Source: an uncultured Clostridia bacterium (GTDB taxonomy: Bacteria > Bacillota > Clostridia > Oscillospirales > UBA644). Taken from it: DNA of 62,863 bases. The position numbers were made by a program, and so were the translations under genes. Positions 50,997-61,628 of the stretch are shown here, one piece after another; position 1 is the first letter of the stretch, and every line of letters starts with the position of its first letter. The notes under the pieces are model-generated. The model made no database searches and was not told where the DNA came from. It saw nothing but the letters and a program-made list of their open reading frames with translations. The stretch lies in assembly GCA_944386295.1 (NCBI GenBank), contig CALXAO010000110.1, positions 1 to 62,863 of the forward strand, written 5' to 3'.

Positions 50997-53900
50997 TCAG
51001 ATTTTTTCTACGCCCAGTCGAACTGTTTCCCCGTTCAAATTCCAGTCCTTGGCATTGGCACAGTCGGTTTCGTAAGAAATGCTGTCTGCCAGCACTTCTT
51101 CTTGAATCTGTTCTTCATAACGTTGTGCCAGTGTTTGCAGCGTATCGTTTCCGGTCAGAGAGACTTTAATATGATCTGTGACCTCAAAATCCGCATCCTT
51201 ACGCATGGTTTGCAGTTTGCTGACCAGTTCCCGGACAAATCCTTCTTCGATCAGCTCTGGTGTGAGGGTTTTGTCAAGAACCACAGTTATCCCTCGGTCT
51301 TCTGAAAATTCATAGCCCTCGGTGCGGACCGTGTCAATGAGCAGGTCTTCCCGGAAGAGCTTGATTTCCGTACCGTCAACCGTGAGGGTCAGCATTCCGT
51401 TCCGGTTCAGTTCATCCATGGCGGCATGCCCGTCTAGGGCGGTCAAGGCCTGTCGGATGCCGGCCAGATGCCGGCCGTATTTGGGACCTACAGTTTTCAA
51501 TTGCGGTTTAAAGGCGTAAGACATATACGGTTTCACGTTGTTGGTAAAGAGGACTGCCTTGACATTTAATTCGTCGGCAATAATCTGCTGGAAATAATCG
51601 GGCAACTTCTGTTCGGATTTGATATACATTTGAGACAGCGGTTGCCGGTTTTTAATAGCGGCATTGTTCCGACAATTCCGGCCCAGGGCTACGATCCGAA
51701 GAACCTCGTCCATTTCGCCTTCCAGTACCGGGTCAATGACGGCTGGATTACAAACCGGGAAGTCGCATAGATGAATACTCTGAGGTGCGTCAGAATACCG
51801 GCGGGCCACTAGATTCTGATAGATGTCTTCCGTGATAAATGGAATCATGGGGGCGGCCAGTTTGCAGAGGGTCAGCAGGGAAGTATATAGGGTTAGATAA
51901 GCGTTGATTTTGTCCTGTTCCAAGCCCCGGACCCAGAACCGTTCTCTGCAACGGCGGACATACCAGTTGCTTAATTCTTCCAGGAAATCCTGTAAAACCC
52001 GGGCCGTTTCTGTAATTTTATAGTTTTCCAAGTAATTGTCTACGGTTCGAATCAGGGTATTGAGCCGAGATAAAATCCAACGGTCCATCACCGGCAGCGT
52101 ATCCGGATTCAAGGTGTACCGGGCTGGATCGAAGTTGTCAATATTGGCATAAAGGACATAAAAAGCATAGGTGTTCCAAAGCGTTCCCAGGAATTTTCTC
52201 TGGCCTTCTACCACCGCTGCTTTGTGGAACCGGTTAGGCAGCCAAGGGGCGCTGTTGGAATAGAAGTACCACCGGATAGCGTCAGCACCAAATTCTGCCA
52301 AGGCATCAAAGGGATCGACAGCATTGCCTTTGGATTTAGACATTTTTTGGCCGTTTTCGTCCTGTACAAGTCCCAGTACAATAACATTCCGGAAGGGGGC
52401 TTTGTCAAACAGCAGGGTGGAAATCGCCAGCAGGGAATAGAACCATCCTCGGGTCTGATCTACCGCTTCGCTGATAAAATCGGCGGGAAACTGCTTTTCA
52501 AAGGTTTCTTTGTTTTCAAATGGATAGTGCCACTGGGCAAAGGGCATGGCGCCCGAATCAAACCAGCAGTCAATTACTTCACTGACCCGATGCATCTGCT
52601 TGCCGCATTTGGGGCAGGGGATGGTAACCTGATCGATGTAGGGGCGGTGCAGTTCAATCCGGTCCGGACAGTTATCCGACAGTTCTTTTAATTCTGCAAT
52701 GGAGCCCACTGAATGCATATGGCCGCAGTCGCATTGCCAAATATTGAGCGGAGTCCCCCAGTAGCGGTTTCGGCTGATACCCCAATCCTGTACGTTATTG
52801 AGCCAATCGCCAAAGCGGCCTTTTCCAATACTTTCGGGAATCCAATTGACGGTGTTGTTATTCCGGATTAGGGCGTCCTTGACGTCGGTCATTTTAATAA
52901 ACCAGGAATCCTGGGCGTAGTAAATCAGGGGTGTATCGCAGCGCCAGCAGTGAGGGTAGGAGTGCTCAAAGGGCAGAGCCTTAAAGAGCAGATTTTTTTC
53001 CTTCAGCGCCTTGAAAACTTCTTTGTCTGCATCCTTGCAGAACATCCCGCCCCAAGGAGTATCTGGTGCCATCTGTCCTTTTGCATCGACCAGCTGCAGG
53101 AAGGGCAGACCGTAGTTTCTGCCTACCCGGGAGTCGTCTTCCCCGAAGGCCGGGGCAATATGAACAATGCCCGTACCGTCAGACAGGGAAACATATCCAT
53201 CGCAAGTAACATAATAAGCTTTCTTATCCAGAGAGCGAAATTGAAATAACGGCTCGTATTCCCGGTATTCCAGGTCTTTTCCGGTATAAGTTTCCAGAAT
53301 TTCAAATTCTCCTTCCAGCACCGACGGGATCAGTGCCTGCGCCAGAATATAATTTTCTTCTCCGTTGCGGACCTTGACATAGGTTTCATCTGCGTTAACG
53401 CAGAGGGCCACATTGGAGGGTAGAGTCCATGGGGTAGTAGTCCAGGCCAGGAAAAAAGTGTTTGCTTCACCCTTGACCGGGAATTTTGCAATGGCAGATT
53501 TTTCTTTGACGTCCTTATAGCCCTGGGCGACTTCATGGCTGGACAAAGGAGTGCCGCAACGGGGACAATATGGAACGATTTTAAAGCCCTTATATAAAAG
53601 TCCTTTGTTCCAGATTTCTTTTAAGGCCCACCATTCGGATTCGATAAAGTCGTTTTCATAAGTGACATATGGATGATCCATGTCTGCCCAGAATCCGACG
53701 GTTCCGGAAAAATCTTCCCACATTCCCTTGTATTTCCAGACGCTTTTCTTACATTCCTTCAGAAAGGGTTCCAGACCGTAGGCTTCGATCTGTTCTTTTC
53801 CGTCCAGACCCAGTTTCTTTTCCACTTCCAATTCCACTGGTAGACCGTGGGTGTCCCAGCCGGCTTTCCGGGGAACCTGATAGCCCTTCATGGTTCGGTA

Positions 53901-54110
53901 ACGAGGAATCATATCTTTAATAACACGAGTTAGGACATGGCCGATGTGTGGTTTGCCGTTTGCGGTGGGCGGTCCGTCGTAAAATGTGTATTCCCGGCCG
54001 TTTTGCCGGAGTTCTACACTTTTTCGGAAAATATCCCTGTCTTTCCAGAACTGTTCGATCTTTTTTTCCCGTTGGGGAAAATTCAAATCGGTCGATACTT
54101 TTTCATACAT
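50997..54110 (-). CDS. ileS: Isoleucine--tRNA ligase
   Basis: HIGH (PTANGKPHIGH) and KMSKS motifs; 1037 aa. ATG at 54110 follows GGAGGA. The upstream extension in the track is the T-box leader. Confidence 0.95.
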   Translation of the reverse strand: MYEKVSTDLNFPQREKKIEQFWKDRDIFRKSVELRQNGREYTFYDGPPTANGKPHIGHVLTRVIKDMIPRYRTMKGYQVPRKAGWDTHGLPVELEVEKKLGLDGKEQIEAYGLEPFLKECKKSVWKYKGMWEDFSGTVGFWADMDHPYVTYENDFIESEWWALKEIWNKGLLYKGFKIVPYCPRCGTPLSSHEVAQGYKDVKEKSAIAKFPVKGEANTFFLAWTTTPWTLPSNVALCVNADETYVKVRNGEENYILAQALIPSVLEGEFEILETYTGKDLEYREYEPLFQFRSLDKKAYYVTCDGYVSLSDGTGIVHIAPAFGEDDSRVGRNYGLPFLQLVDAKGQMAPDTPWGGMFCKDADKEVFKALKEKNLLFKALPFEHSYPHCWRCDTPLIYYAQDSWFIKMTDVKDALIRNNNTVNWIPESIGKGRFGDWLNNVQDWGISRNRYWGTPLNIWQCDCGHMHSVGSIAELKELSDNCPDRIELHRPYIDQVTIPCPKCGKQMHRVSEVIDCWFDSGAMPFAQWHYPFENKETFEKQFPADFISEAVDQTRGWFYSLLAISTLLFDKAPFRNVIVLGLVQDENGQKMSKSKGNAVDPFDALAEFGADAIRWYFYSNSAPWLPNRFHKAAVVEGQRKFLGTLWNTYAFYVLYANIDNFDPARYTLNPDTLPVMDRWILSRLNTLIRTVDNYLENYKITETARVLQDFLEELSNWYVRRCRERFWVRGLEQDKINAYLTLYTSLLTLCKLAAPMIPFITEDIYQNLVARRYSDAPQSIHLCDFPVCNPAVIDPVLEGEMDEVLRIVALGRNCRNNAAIKNRQPLSQMYIKSEQKLPDYFQQIIADELNVKAVLFTNNVKPYMSYAFKPQLKTVGPKYGRHLAGIRQALTALDGHAAMDELNRNGMLTLTVDGTEIKLFREDLLIDTVRTEGYEFSEDRGITVVLDKTLTPELIEEGFVRELVSKLQTMRKDADFEVTDHIKVSLTGNDTLQTLAQRYEEQIQEEVLADSISYETDCANAKDWNLNGETVRLGVEKI

Positions 54111-54391
54111 GTTGTGTCCTCCGTTCAAAAAAACAAAAGCCTTTGTCCCGTTAACAGGACAAAGGCTTTTTCCTTTGTTATACCACCTATTAAACATACT
54201 TTCATATGCTCCCCTGTTTACGGAGGGGATCCCGGCGGGGCTTACTGCGAATTAGCATCGGTTGGGCCTGCGACTCAGAAGTGATGTTCCTCCTGCGGTA
54301 CTTCATTCCGGGCTCACACCCTCCCCGGTTCGCTGACTGTTTCGCGCAAGGCTACTGTCTTCCTCAACGTCTTTCATTTAATTGTAAAGCA
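54111..54391 (-). promoter_or_regulatory. T-box leader, Ile specifier (AUC), with terminator/antiterminator
   Basis: The minus strand carries the Stem I distal motif AGCGAACCGGGGAGGGUGUGAGCCCGG, the specifier GGAACAUCAC and the T-box AAUAGGUGGUAUAACAAAGG. CCUUUGU is shared by the antiterminator (with the upstream ACAAAGG) and by the terminator AAAGCCUUUGUCC-UGUUAAC-GGGACAAAGGCUUU plus U-run (plus 54136-54170). Confidence 0.8.
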
Positions 54392-54420
54392 AGTATAGCA
54401 TATTCTGTCGGATTTGTCAA
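54392..54420 (-). promoter_or_regulatory. ileS promoter TTGACA-17-TATACT
   Basis: Read on the minus strand, immediately upstream of the T-box leader. Confidence 0.6.
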
Positions 54421-54443
54421 GATGGTTCAAAAAAACGTTGAAA

Positions 54444-54668
54444 TTACAGGTTTCTTTTGCTGATGTAGACGAAGCGCAGCTGTGTGACGCCGTTTAGGGT
54501 GACCGGTTCGTTCCAAAGGGCCGCTGGTCGGGCCCAAAGGTCGCCATTGCCGTACAGTGCACGGTAGACCACCATTTCCTCCAGGGTTTCGGAATGTTTT
54601 GCTATGCCCAATACTTCATATTCTTCGCCTTTAAAGTGTCGGTATTTCCCTAATTGTATCGGTTTCAT
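54444..54668 (-). CDS. DUF1653-like small protein (74 aa)
   Basis: MKPIQLGKYRHFKGEEYEVLGIAKHSETLEEMVVYRALYG. The start overlaps the citrate synthase stop (TAATG). Confidence 0.6.
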   Translation of the reverse strand: MKPIQLGKYRHFKGEEYEVLGIAKHSETLEEMVVYRALYGNGDLWARPAALWNEPVTLNGVTQLRFVYISKRNL

Positions 54669-56038
54669 TACCTGTTTTCCAAAGAAATGTAAGGCTGATG
54701 GGGAGCGACGCTGCCATAGGCGGGGCGAATAATTTTTCCTGCGTTGATCAGTTCTTCCAATCGATGGGCGCTCCAACCTGCGATCCGGGCAATGGCAAAA
54801 ATAGGAGTATACAGTTCTTGGGGAAGATCCAGCATCCGGTAAGCAAAGCCACTGTAAAAATCCACGTTCGCGCTGACGCCCTTGTAGATTTTCCGTTCTT
54901 TTGCAATTACCAGGGGAGCCAGCCGTTCCACCCGTTGGTATAGATCATATTCCTGCTGGAAGCCTTTGGCCTTGGACAACTGTTCTATCCACTTCCGGAA
55001 CACTTTAGCCCGGGGATCGGAAAGGGAATAGACTGCATGGCCCATTCCGTAAATTAATCCCGCCCTGTCAAAGGCTTCTTTCCGCAGCAGTGCCGTCAAA
55101 TATGCGGTTATTTCTTCTTCGTCTGTCCAGTCGGAAATGATCTGTTTCATATTCTCAAACATCTGCACTACTTTGATGTTTGCGCCGCCGTGCCGGGGGC
55201 CTTTCAGAGATCCCAGGGCCGCGGCAATGGCAGAGTAGGTGTCTGTTCCGGAAGAGGTTACCACCCGGGTTGTAAACGTGGAGTTGTTCCCTCCTCCATG
55301 CTCAGCATGCAGAACCAAAGCCATATCCAGCACCTTTGCTTCCAGTGCGGTATAGGAGCAATCCGGCCGCAGCAAATACAGTAGATTTTCAGCAGTGGAA
55401 AGATTTTCCTGAGGAACATGAATAAACAGACTCTGCTGTTTCAGGTAATGCTCGTATGCCTGGTAGCCATAAACCGAAAGCAGGGGAAACAGGGCAATGA
55501 GCTGCAGACTCTGCCGAAGGACATTTTCCGGTGAAATATCGTTGGCGTTGTTGTCATATCCGTATAGGGTCAGTATACTGCGGGAAAGAGTATTCATCAT
55601 GTCTGCGGTGGGAGCTTTCATAATTACGTCCCGTACAAAATTAGTCGGCAGCTGTCGGTAGCCTGCAAGAAGTTTTGAAAATTCGTCCAGTTCATGCTTA
55701 TCCGGCAGACACCCAAATAGCAGCAGATAGGCTGTTTCTTCAAATCCAAACCGGTTTTCTGCGGAAAAACCTTGAATCAGTTCTTCAATGTCAATCCCTC
55801 TGTAATAAAGTTTTCCTTCGCAGGGGACGTGGACGCCATCCACCATTTCCATGGCTTTTACCTCGGAAATTTCGGTCAGGCCGGCCATGACGCCTTTTCC
55901 GTTAATATCCCGCAGACCCCGTTTTACATCGTATTTTGTATAAAGCTCCGGGTCTACCGCATCACAGCGGCAGCATAGTCCCGCCAGTCGGCGAAGTTCA
56001 GGGGTAATGGCCGAAAAATCCCGTTCTTTGTTCATCAC
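54668..56038 (-). CDS. Citrate synthase
   Basis: 456 aa with catalytic His/Asp context (LHAEHGGGNNSTF, GMGHAVY, DFYSG). Confidence 0.9.
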   Translation of the reverse strand: MMNKERDFSAITPELRRLAGLCCRCDAVDPELYTKYDVKRGLRDINGKGVMAGLTEISEVKAMEMVDGVHVPCEGKLYYRGIDIEELIQGFSAENRFGFEETAYLLLFGCLPDKHELDEFSKLLAGYRQLPTNFVRDVIMKAPTADMMNTLSRSILTLYGYDNNANDISPENVLRQSLQLIALFPLLSVYGYQAYEHYLKQQSLFIHVPQENLSTAENLLYLLRPDCSYTALEAKVLDMALVLHAEHGGGNNSTFTTRVVTSSGTDTYSAIAAALGSLKGPRHGGANIKVVQMFENMKQIISDWTDEEEITAYLTALLRKEAFDRAGLIYGMGHAVYSLSDPRAKVFRKWIEQLSKAKGFQQEYDLYQRVERLAPLVIAKERKIYKGVSANVDFYSGFAYRMLDLPQELYTPIFAIARIAGWSAHRLEELINAGKIIRPAYGSVAPHQPYISLENR

Positions 56039-56170
56039 GATCCGTCCTTTCTGTGCAGAACTCTCCCTTTTTCCTTAGAAAAAGCGTCTCGCATCCCGGC
56101 GAAACAGGGGCCTGCAGGTTGCAGTGCCCAGGAGGAGAAGTACTTTCTTTTGTTAATATATTACAATGAC

Positions 56171-56199
56171 ATTATACCATGTTTTCCGGAAAAAAGCAA
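56171..56199 (-). promoter_or_regulatory. Citrate synthase promoter TTGCTT-17-TGgTATAAT
   Basis: Read on the minus strand. It would give a leader of about 125 nt. Confidence 0.5.
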
Positions 56200-56321
56200 G
56201 TGCATTTGCGAAAAATTACTGAAAAAAATACATATTTCCCTGGAAATTTTATAGATAACATTTTTTATTTTTGGTGGAAAACAGCAGCTTAGTCTTTTTT
56301 GTGACGAAACGGACAAAAGGC

Positions 56322-56349
56322 TTGACATTCCCCAAAAAAAAATTATAAT
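56322..56349 (+). promoter_or_regulatory. Promoter TTGACA-16-TATAAT
   Basis: -35 at 56322-56327, -10 at 56344-56349. Confidence 0.55.
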
Positions 56350-56394
56350 GTAGGTAATTGAACTGTCTTTGAACAGAAAATGGAGGTTAATGTC

Positions 56395-57174
56395 ATGACA
56401 AATCGTTTTGATTGGAAAACCGGTCGTTCGGTCGGCTGGGTCAGTGAAGCAATTTTACAGGAATGTGCGCAGACCGGGGTACAGTGTATCGAAATCTGCG
56501 GCATTGCCAAAGAGGAAGATTGGGCGAAGGTTCCGTCCTGGGCCGCGGCTTCTGGCGTTGAAGTCTGGTCTTTTCATCTGCCGTTTTCCTGGAAGCCGGT
56601 TGTAAATCCTGCTACGAGTGTGAAAGAAGATTGGGAATATACGCTGAAGGTAGATACGGAGTGGATGCAGAAGGCCGGCGGCGCTGGGGTTAAGGTAGCT
56701 GTGATTCATCCCAGTTTAGAGCCTATTGCGCCTGCCGACCGGGAAGGGCAGATCCAGAACTGTATTGAGCATCTGGGCGTGCTTTCCGATGTTGCAAAAT
56801 CCTGCGGTATGACGTTGGCGGTGGAGGATCTTCCCCGGACCTGCCTTGGAAATTGTGCGGACGAAATGGTTCGGATTATGGAAAGCAATTCCGACCTGCG
56901 GGTTTGCTTTGATGTAAACCATCTGCTGAAAGAAGACCATGTGTCCTTTATCCGCAAGGTAGGCAAATATATGATTACTACGCATATCTCCGACTATGAT
57001 TTTAAGGATGAGAAGCACTGGTTTCCCATGCAGGGCGAAATCAACTGGCGGAAGCTGCTGGCGGCGTTGGAAGAAGTGGACTACAATGGTCCGTTCCTGT
57101 ACGAGACCGGCGTTCCCATGGGTGGTACTCCGGCCGATTTCCGCAGAAATCATATGTACCTGAACAATCTGTAA
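56395..57174 (+). CDS. Sugar phosphate isomerase/epimerase (xylose isomerase-like TIM barrel)
   Basis: AP-endonuclease-2/TIM pattern (HLPF, IHPS, LAVEDL, FDVNH, HISDY). ATG at 56395 lies 7 nt after GGAGG. Confidence 0.8.
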   Translation: MTNRFDWKTGRSVGWVSEAILQECAQTGVQCIEICGIAKEEDWAKVPSWAAASGVEVWSFHLPFSWKPVVNPATSVKEDWEYTLKVDTEWMQKAGGAGVKVAVIHPSLEPIAPADREGQIQNCIEHLGVLSDVAKSCGMTLAVEDLPRTCLGNCADEMVRIMESNSDLRVCFDVNHLLKEDHVSFIRKVGKYMITTHISDYDFKDEKHWFPMQGEINWRKLLAALEEVDYNGPFLYETGVPMGGTPADFRRNHMYLNNL

Positions 57175-57231
57175 TGAATCGCGGTTCCCTGCCGGGCGCT
57201 TTCTGGCAGGGATTTTTTTTGGAGGGAAGTT

Positions 57232-59331
57232 ATGTTTCAGCAAGCGCAGCGTGTCTGGTTGGATGCTCCGGCTCTGCCAGATGAATTTGGGGAATTCCGC
57301 GACTCCTTTCGGGGACAGCCCGGTGGGCGGTGGCAGATCCGGATTTCCTGTGATACAGATTATGCTTTATGGTGTAATGGCCAGTTTGTGGATGCTGGGC
57401 AGTATTTGACCTGGCCTGGGGAAGCGTCGGTGGATATTTTGGACCTTTCGGAGAAGGTACGGGAGGGAGAAAATATTCTGGCTCTGGTGGTTTGGTATGG
57501 AGGAAAAGATACCTCCTGTTACAAAGCCGGAGATGCCGGGGTTATTTTTGAAGTGTTGCGGGACGGGGTTCCGGTGGCATTTTCCGGTCCTAAAACCGAA
57601 GGGCGCCTGTCCCGCAGGTACGAAAGTCACCGGGAAGAAAAAATCTCCGGGCAATTGGGCTGGAACTATCATTGTGATTTAAATGCGTCCAATGATTGGA
57701 TGACTGGCGGCGGCGACGGGTTTTCTTCCTGCCGGGTTGTGAATGGGCCTGAGGTCTATGTGCCCCGTCCGGTGGAAAAACTGGTCCGAGGAAAACTTTT
57801 GGAGGGACGGCCGGTGCAGCAGGGAATTTTGCCGACGTTTCCGGCCCGCCCGGTAGCAGAGGCGATGCAGAAGACTCCGTTGGCTTTCCGGTTTCCGGAG
57901 GAGTTGACCGGAAAGACCGTGCCGGAGTTTCCGTTAGTTTTTCGCTCAACAGAGGGAGATGGTTTGTGGTTTATTTTGGATCTGGGAGAGGAAAGCGTTG
58001 GGTGGCTGAGCTTTGATCTGACTGTGCCGGACGGCGGGGCTGTGTGGGTCGGGTACGGTGAGCATCTGGCTGACGGGCGCTGTCGGACAGGGCGGCGGAA
58101 TTATACCTTTGATTTTATTGCTGCACCGGGACGAAACCGGTTTTTTGGTCCTTTTCGTCGGTTAGCCTGCCGGTATCTGCAATTTTATGTGGAAAGCAAG
58201 GAAGTGACCGTGCATTCTGCCGGAATTATTCCAACCGATTATCCTTTGCGGATAATTCCTTTTAATTGCGGTAATCTGCTGCGGCAGACTATCGATCAGG
58301 TCTGTCTGCGGACCCTGCAACTCTGTATGCATGAGCATTACGAGGACTGTCCCAGCCGGGAACAGGCCTTGTATATCTTAGACTCCCGGAATCAAATGCT
58401 TTGTGGGTATTACGCGTTCGGGGAATATCGGTTCCCCAAAGCTTGTCTGGAACTGATTCGCCGGTCCCGCCGGACCGATGGATTGCTTTCCCTGACGTCG
58501 CCAGGGGGGAATGATTGGCCAATTCCTTTCTTTTCTTTAATTTATCCCATTCAGGTGGAAGAATATGTGCGTTATTCTGGGGATATTGCTTACGGAGAAG
58601 AATTATTGCCTTTTCTGAACCGTCTTTTGGATGTTTTTCGGAATCGGATTTCCGCATCGGGCGTCTGTACGTCTTTTCCGGGCAGTGATGCGTGGAACTT
58701 TTTTGAATGGGCCGATACCATGGACGGAGAACCCGCCCCCTGGGCACGGAAAGGACCTGACATTCCGGAGAACAGCGCCCCTCTTTCCGCTGCGTTGTCT
58801 TTGGCGTTGGAACGGATGGCGGACCTGTGTGACCGCTTGGGAAAATCCGGGCAGGCTGACGCGCTGCGGATGGAACAGGAGACGCTGAACCGGGCCATTG
58901 TTCGGAATTTTTATGATGAGACAGACGAGCTGTTCCGGTCCTTTTCCCAACGGCATCGGGGTACGTACAGCGTGTTGACCAATGCCCTTTGTCTTCTGTG
59001 CGGTGCTGCTCCGGCCTCCGCAGAGAAGGTCTGCCGTTTGGTGGCGGAAAACGGCGGCGGCGTGTTTGATGTGCCGGTTGTCCCAGCCTCTCTAAGTATG
59101 GCTTGTTTCCGGTACGATGGACTTTTGCGGGCCAATCGGGAAAAATACCGGAAAGAGATCCTAGCGGAAATCGACCGGGTGTATTTGTTTATGCTCCGGC
59201 AGGGAGCGACCAGCGTGTGGGAGACCATGGAGGGACAGGCCGATTTTCATGGGGCTGGAAGTCTTTGTCATGGGTGGTCAGGACTCCCGGTATATTATTA
59301 TCGGACTCTGCTTACTGAAGAAAAAATCTGA
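57232..59331 (+). CDS. Six-hairpin glycoside hydrolase, GH78 (alpha-L-rhamnosidase)-like, no signal peptide
   Basis: The MHEHYEDCPSREQALYILDSRNQ segment and overall size resemble the rhamnosidase catalytic domain. Assigned by recall only. Confidence 0.5.
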   Translation: MFQQAQRVWLDAPALPDEFGEFRDSFRGQPGGRWQIRISCDTDYALWCNGQFVDAGQYLTWPGEASVDILDLSEKVREGENILALVVWYGGKDTSCYKAGDAGVIFEVLRDGVPVAFSGPKTEGRLSRRYESHREEKISGQLGWNYHCDLNASNDWMTGGGDGFSSCRVVNGPEVYVPRPVEKLVRGKLLEGRPVQQGILPTFPARPVAEAMQKTPLAFRFPEELTGKTVPEFPLVFRSTEGDGLWFILDLGEESVGWLSFDLTVPDGGAVWVGYGEHLADGRCRTGRRNYTFDFIAAPGRNRFFGPFRRLACRYLQFYVESKEVTVHSAGIIPTDYPLRIIPFNCGNLLRQTIDQVCLRTLQLCMHEHYEDCPSREQALYILDSRNQMLCGYYAFGEYRFPKACLELIRRSRRTDGLLSLTSPGGNDWPIPFFSLIYPIQVEEYVRYSGDIAYGEELLPFLNRLLDVFRNRISASGVCTSFPGSDAWNFFEWADTMDGEPAPWARKGPDIPENSAPLSAALSLALERMADLCDRLGKSGQADALRMEQETLNRAIVRNFYDETDELFRSFSQRHRGTYSVLTNALCLLCGAAPASAEKVCRLVAENGGGVFDVPVVPASLSMACFRYDGLLRANREKYRKEILAEIDRVYLFMLRQGATSVWETMEGQADFHGAGSLCHGWSGLPVYYYRTLLTEEKI

Positions 59332-59343
59332 CATGTTTCTAAA

Positions 59344-59376
59344 TTTTCCCCGAAAACGGTTGCTTTTCGGGGAAAA
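59344..59376 (+). terminator. Intrinsic terminator after the GH78-like gene
   Basis: TTTTCCCCGAAAA-CGGTTGC-TTTTCGGGGAAAA, then TTGTGTT. Confidence 0.6.
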
Positions 59377-59379
59377 TTG

Positions 59380-59388
59380 TGTTATAAT
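59380..59388 (+). promoter_or_regulatory. Extended -10 TGtTATAAT upstream of metY
   Basis: Lies 34 nt before the metY ATG, directly after the terminator. Confidence 0.45.
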
Positions 59389-59421
59389 ACTCTATTATAA
59401 AAGATTAGATGGGAGATTGTT

Positions 59422-60708
59422 ATGTCTAATTACAGTGTAGAAACCAATTGCGTGCAGGGCGGTTATCAGCCGGGAAACGGTGATCCCCGGATTTTGCCTA
59501 TTTATCAGAGCACCACGTATAAATACGATTCCGCTGAACATTTGGGGGATCTGTTTGATCTGAAAGTTCCTGGACATATGTATACCCGGATATCCAACCC
59601 TACGGTCGATGCGGTAGAGAAGAAAATTGCGTTGCTGGAGGGCGGCGTGGGGGCAGTAATGACTTCCTCTGGACAGGCGGCTAACCTGATGGCGATCTTC
59701 AATATTACTAAAGCAGGACAGAATTTTGTCAGTTTGTCTTCCATTTATGGTGGGACCATCAACCTGTTTTCAGTGACGTTGGCCAAAATGGGTATTGAAG
59801 TTCGGTATGTGACGCCCGAAATGTCTGAAATGGAAGTTGATGCTCTTTTTGACGAAAATACCCGACTGGTATTTGGAGAAACCATTGCCAATCCGGCGTT
59901 GAAGGTTTTGGATATTGAGGCTTATGCTGCTCTTGCCCACCGGCACGGAGTTCCGTTGATTGTAGATAACACGTTTGCTACCCCAGTGCTTTGCCGTCCC
60001 TTTGAATATGGCGCTGATATTGTTGTTCATTCTACCACAAAATATATGGATGGTCATGCTTCGGTTGTGGGCGGCGTAGTGGTGGACAGCGGAAAATTTA
60101 ATTGGAATACTGGAAAGTACCCTGAGTTGACTACACCCGACGCTTCCTATCATGGTTTGGTCTATGTTGAAAGCTTTGGGAATGCCGCTTATATTATGAA
60201 AGCTCGGGTGCAGCTGATGCGAGACCTTGGGGTAAGCCCTACGGCCATTTCCGCCTTTATGGTAAATATGGGGATGGAAACATTGCATCTCCGGATGGAG
60301 CGGCACAGTCAGAACGCCCTGGAGGTTGCCCGGTATCTGGAATCTTGTGAGGATATTTCTTGGGTTTCTTATCCCGGTTTGGAATCTTCGCCGGACTATG
60401 CTTTGGCTTGCAAGTATCTTCCCAAGGGAGCATGCGGCGTGATTTCTTTTGGCGTCAAGGGAGGTCGGATGGCCGCCATGAAATTTATGGACAGCCTGAA
60501 ACTGGCAGCCATTGTGGTGCATGTGGCGGATGTGCGCACCTGCGTGTTGCATCCTGCATCTACAACCCACCGGCAGTTGACCGATGCCCAGCTGGTTGCC
60601 GCAGGTATTTCTGCGGATCAGATCCGGATGTCAGTGGGTATTGAAGATGTTCAGGATATTTTAGCGGATATCCGGCAGGCGCTGGATGAGGCGAAGAAAT
60701 GCCGATAA
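59422..60708 (+). CDS. metY: O-acetylhomoserine aminocarboxypropyltransferase/cysteine synthase
   Basis: PLP Lys in [10 protein letters not shown]; 428 aa. Confidence 0.9.
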   Translation: MSNYSVETNCVQGGYQPGNGDPRILPIYQSTTYKYDSAEHLGDLFDLKVPGHMYTRISNPTVDAVEKKIALLEGGVGAVMTSSGQAANLMAIFNITKAGQNFVSLSSIYGGTINLFSVTLAKMGIEVRYVTPEMSEMEVDALFDENTRLVFGETIANPALKVLDIEAYAALAHRHGVPLIVDNTFATPVLCRPFEYGADIVVHSTTKYMDGHASVVGGVVVDSGKFNWNTGKYPELTTPDASYHGLVYVESFGNAAYIMKARVQLMRDLGVSPTAISAFMVNMGMETLHLRMERHSQNALEVARYLESCEDISWVSYPGLESSPDYALACKYLPKGACGVISFGVKGGRMAAMKFMDSLKLAAIVVHVADVRTCVLHPASTTHRQLTDAQLVAAGISADQIRMSVGIEDVQDILADIRQALDEAKKCR

Positions 60709-61616
60709 AAATTCCCAATGGTCTGCCTGCAGCGGAGGTTCTGCATCGGGAAAACATATTTGTTATTCCTCAGACCCGGGCGGTAACCCAGGATATCCGG
60801 CCGCTGAAAATTCTGCTGCTGAACCTGATGCCCACGAAAATCAGTACTGAAACCCAGTTGGCCCGTCTGCTGGGAAATACTCCTCTTCAGGTGGAACTGG
60901 AATTTTTGCAGACAGCAACCTACCGGGGAACCCATACCTCTCGGGAGCATATGCTGGCCTTTTATCAGACCTTTGATCAGGTCAGGGACCGGAAATTTGA
61001 CGGGATGATTATTACCGGCGCGCCGGTGGAACAGATGCCCTTTGAAGAGGTCGCCTACTGGCAGGAACTTTGCGAAATTATGGAATGGAGCAAAACCAAT
61101 GTTCACAGTACTTTTCATATCTGCTGGGGAGCGCAGGCGGCTTTGTACTACCATTACGGCATTCGGAAATATCCGCTGAAAAAGAAGTTGTTCGGTGTAT
61201 TCGAGCATCATACAGATTATAAGCGGTCCATATTGTTTCGGGGCTTTGACGATGTGTTTATGGTTCCCCAATCCCGGCATACAACTTTCCGCAGGGAGGA
61301 AATTGAGAAGGTTCCGGAACTGAAGATTCTGGCATCTTCTGAGGAAGCAGGAATCTACGCCGTGTCTACGGACCGGGGGCGGCAGATTTTTATTTCCGGT
61401 CATTCCGAATACGATGCAGATACGCTGCAGGCGGAATATTTGCGGGATAAGCAGGCCGGATTGCCTATTGAAGTGCCCAAAAACTATTTTCCAAACGACG
61501 ATGATACCCAGATGCCCTGTATGACTTGGCGGGCTCATGCCAATCTTCTTTATTCCAATTGGCTGAATTATTTTGTCTATCAAACGACGCCTTACGACAT
61601 TAACGCCATCCGTTGA
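60699..61616 (+). CDS. metA: Homoserine O-acyltransferase (MetA family)
   Basis: [11 protein letters not shown]..., LNLMP, catalytic CWGAQAAL; 10-nt overlap with metY. Confidence 0.92.
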   Translation: MPIKIPNGLPAAEVLHRENIFVIPQTRAVTQDIRPLKILLLNLMPTKISTETQLARLLGNTPLQVELEFLQTATYRGTHTSREHMLAFYQTFDQVRDRKFDGMIITGAPVEQMPFEEVAYWQELCEIMEWSKTNVHSTFHICWGAQAALYYHYGIRKYPLKKKLFGVFEHHTDYKRSILFRGFDDVFMVPQSRHTTFRREEIEKVPELKILASSEEAGIYAVSTDRGRQIFISGHSEYDADTLQAEYLRDKQAGLPIEVPKNYFPNDDDTQMPCMTWRAHANLLYSNWLNYFVYQTTPYDINAIR

Positions 61617-61628
61617 GGAGGGATTTTT

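Noticed and set aside
59332-59421. Expected SAM riboswitch or Met T-box upstream of metY-metA
   Set aside because: The spacer holds only a terminator and an extended -10 element. The leader is about 30 nt, too short for either element.
59770-61583. 266-aa and 310-aa minus-strand ORFs
   Set aside because: They are antisense to metY and metA, both full length with catalytic motifs. They are shadow ORFs. The same reasoning applies to 39593-40246, 42496-43598, 50483-51169 and the many 60-150-aa ORFs inside carB, glnN, gdhA and ileS.
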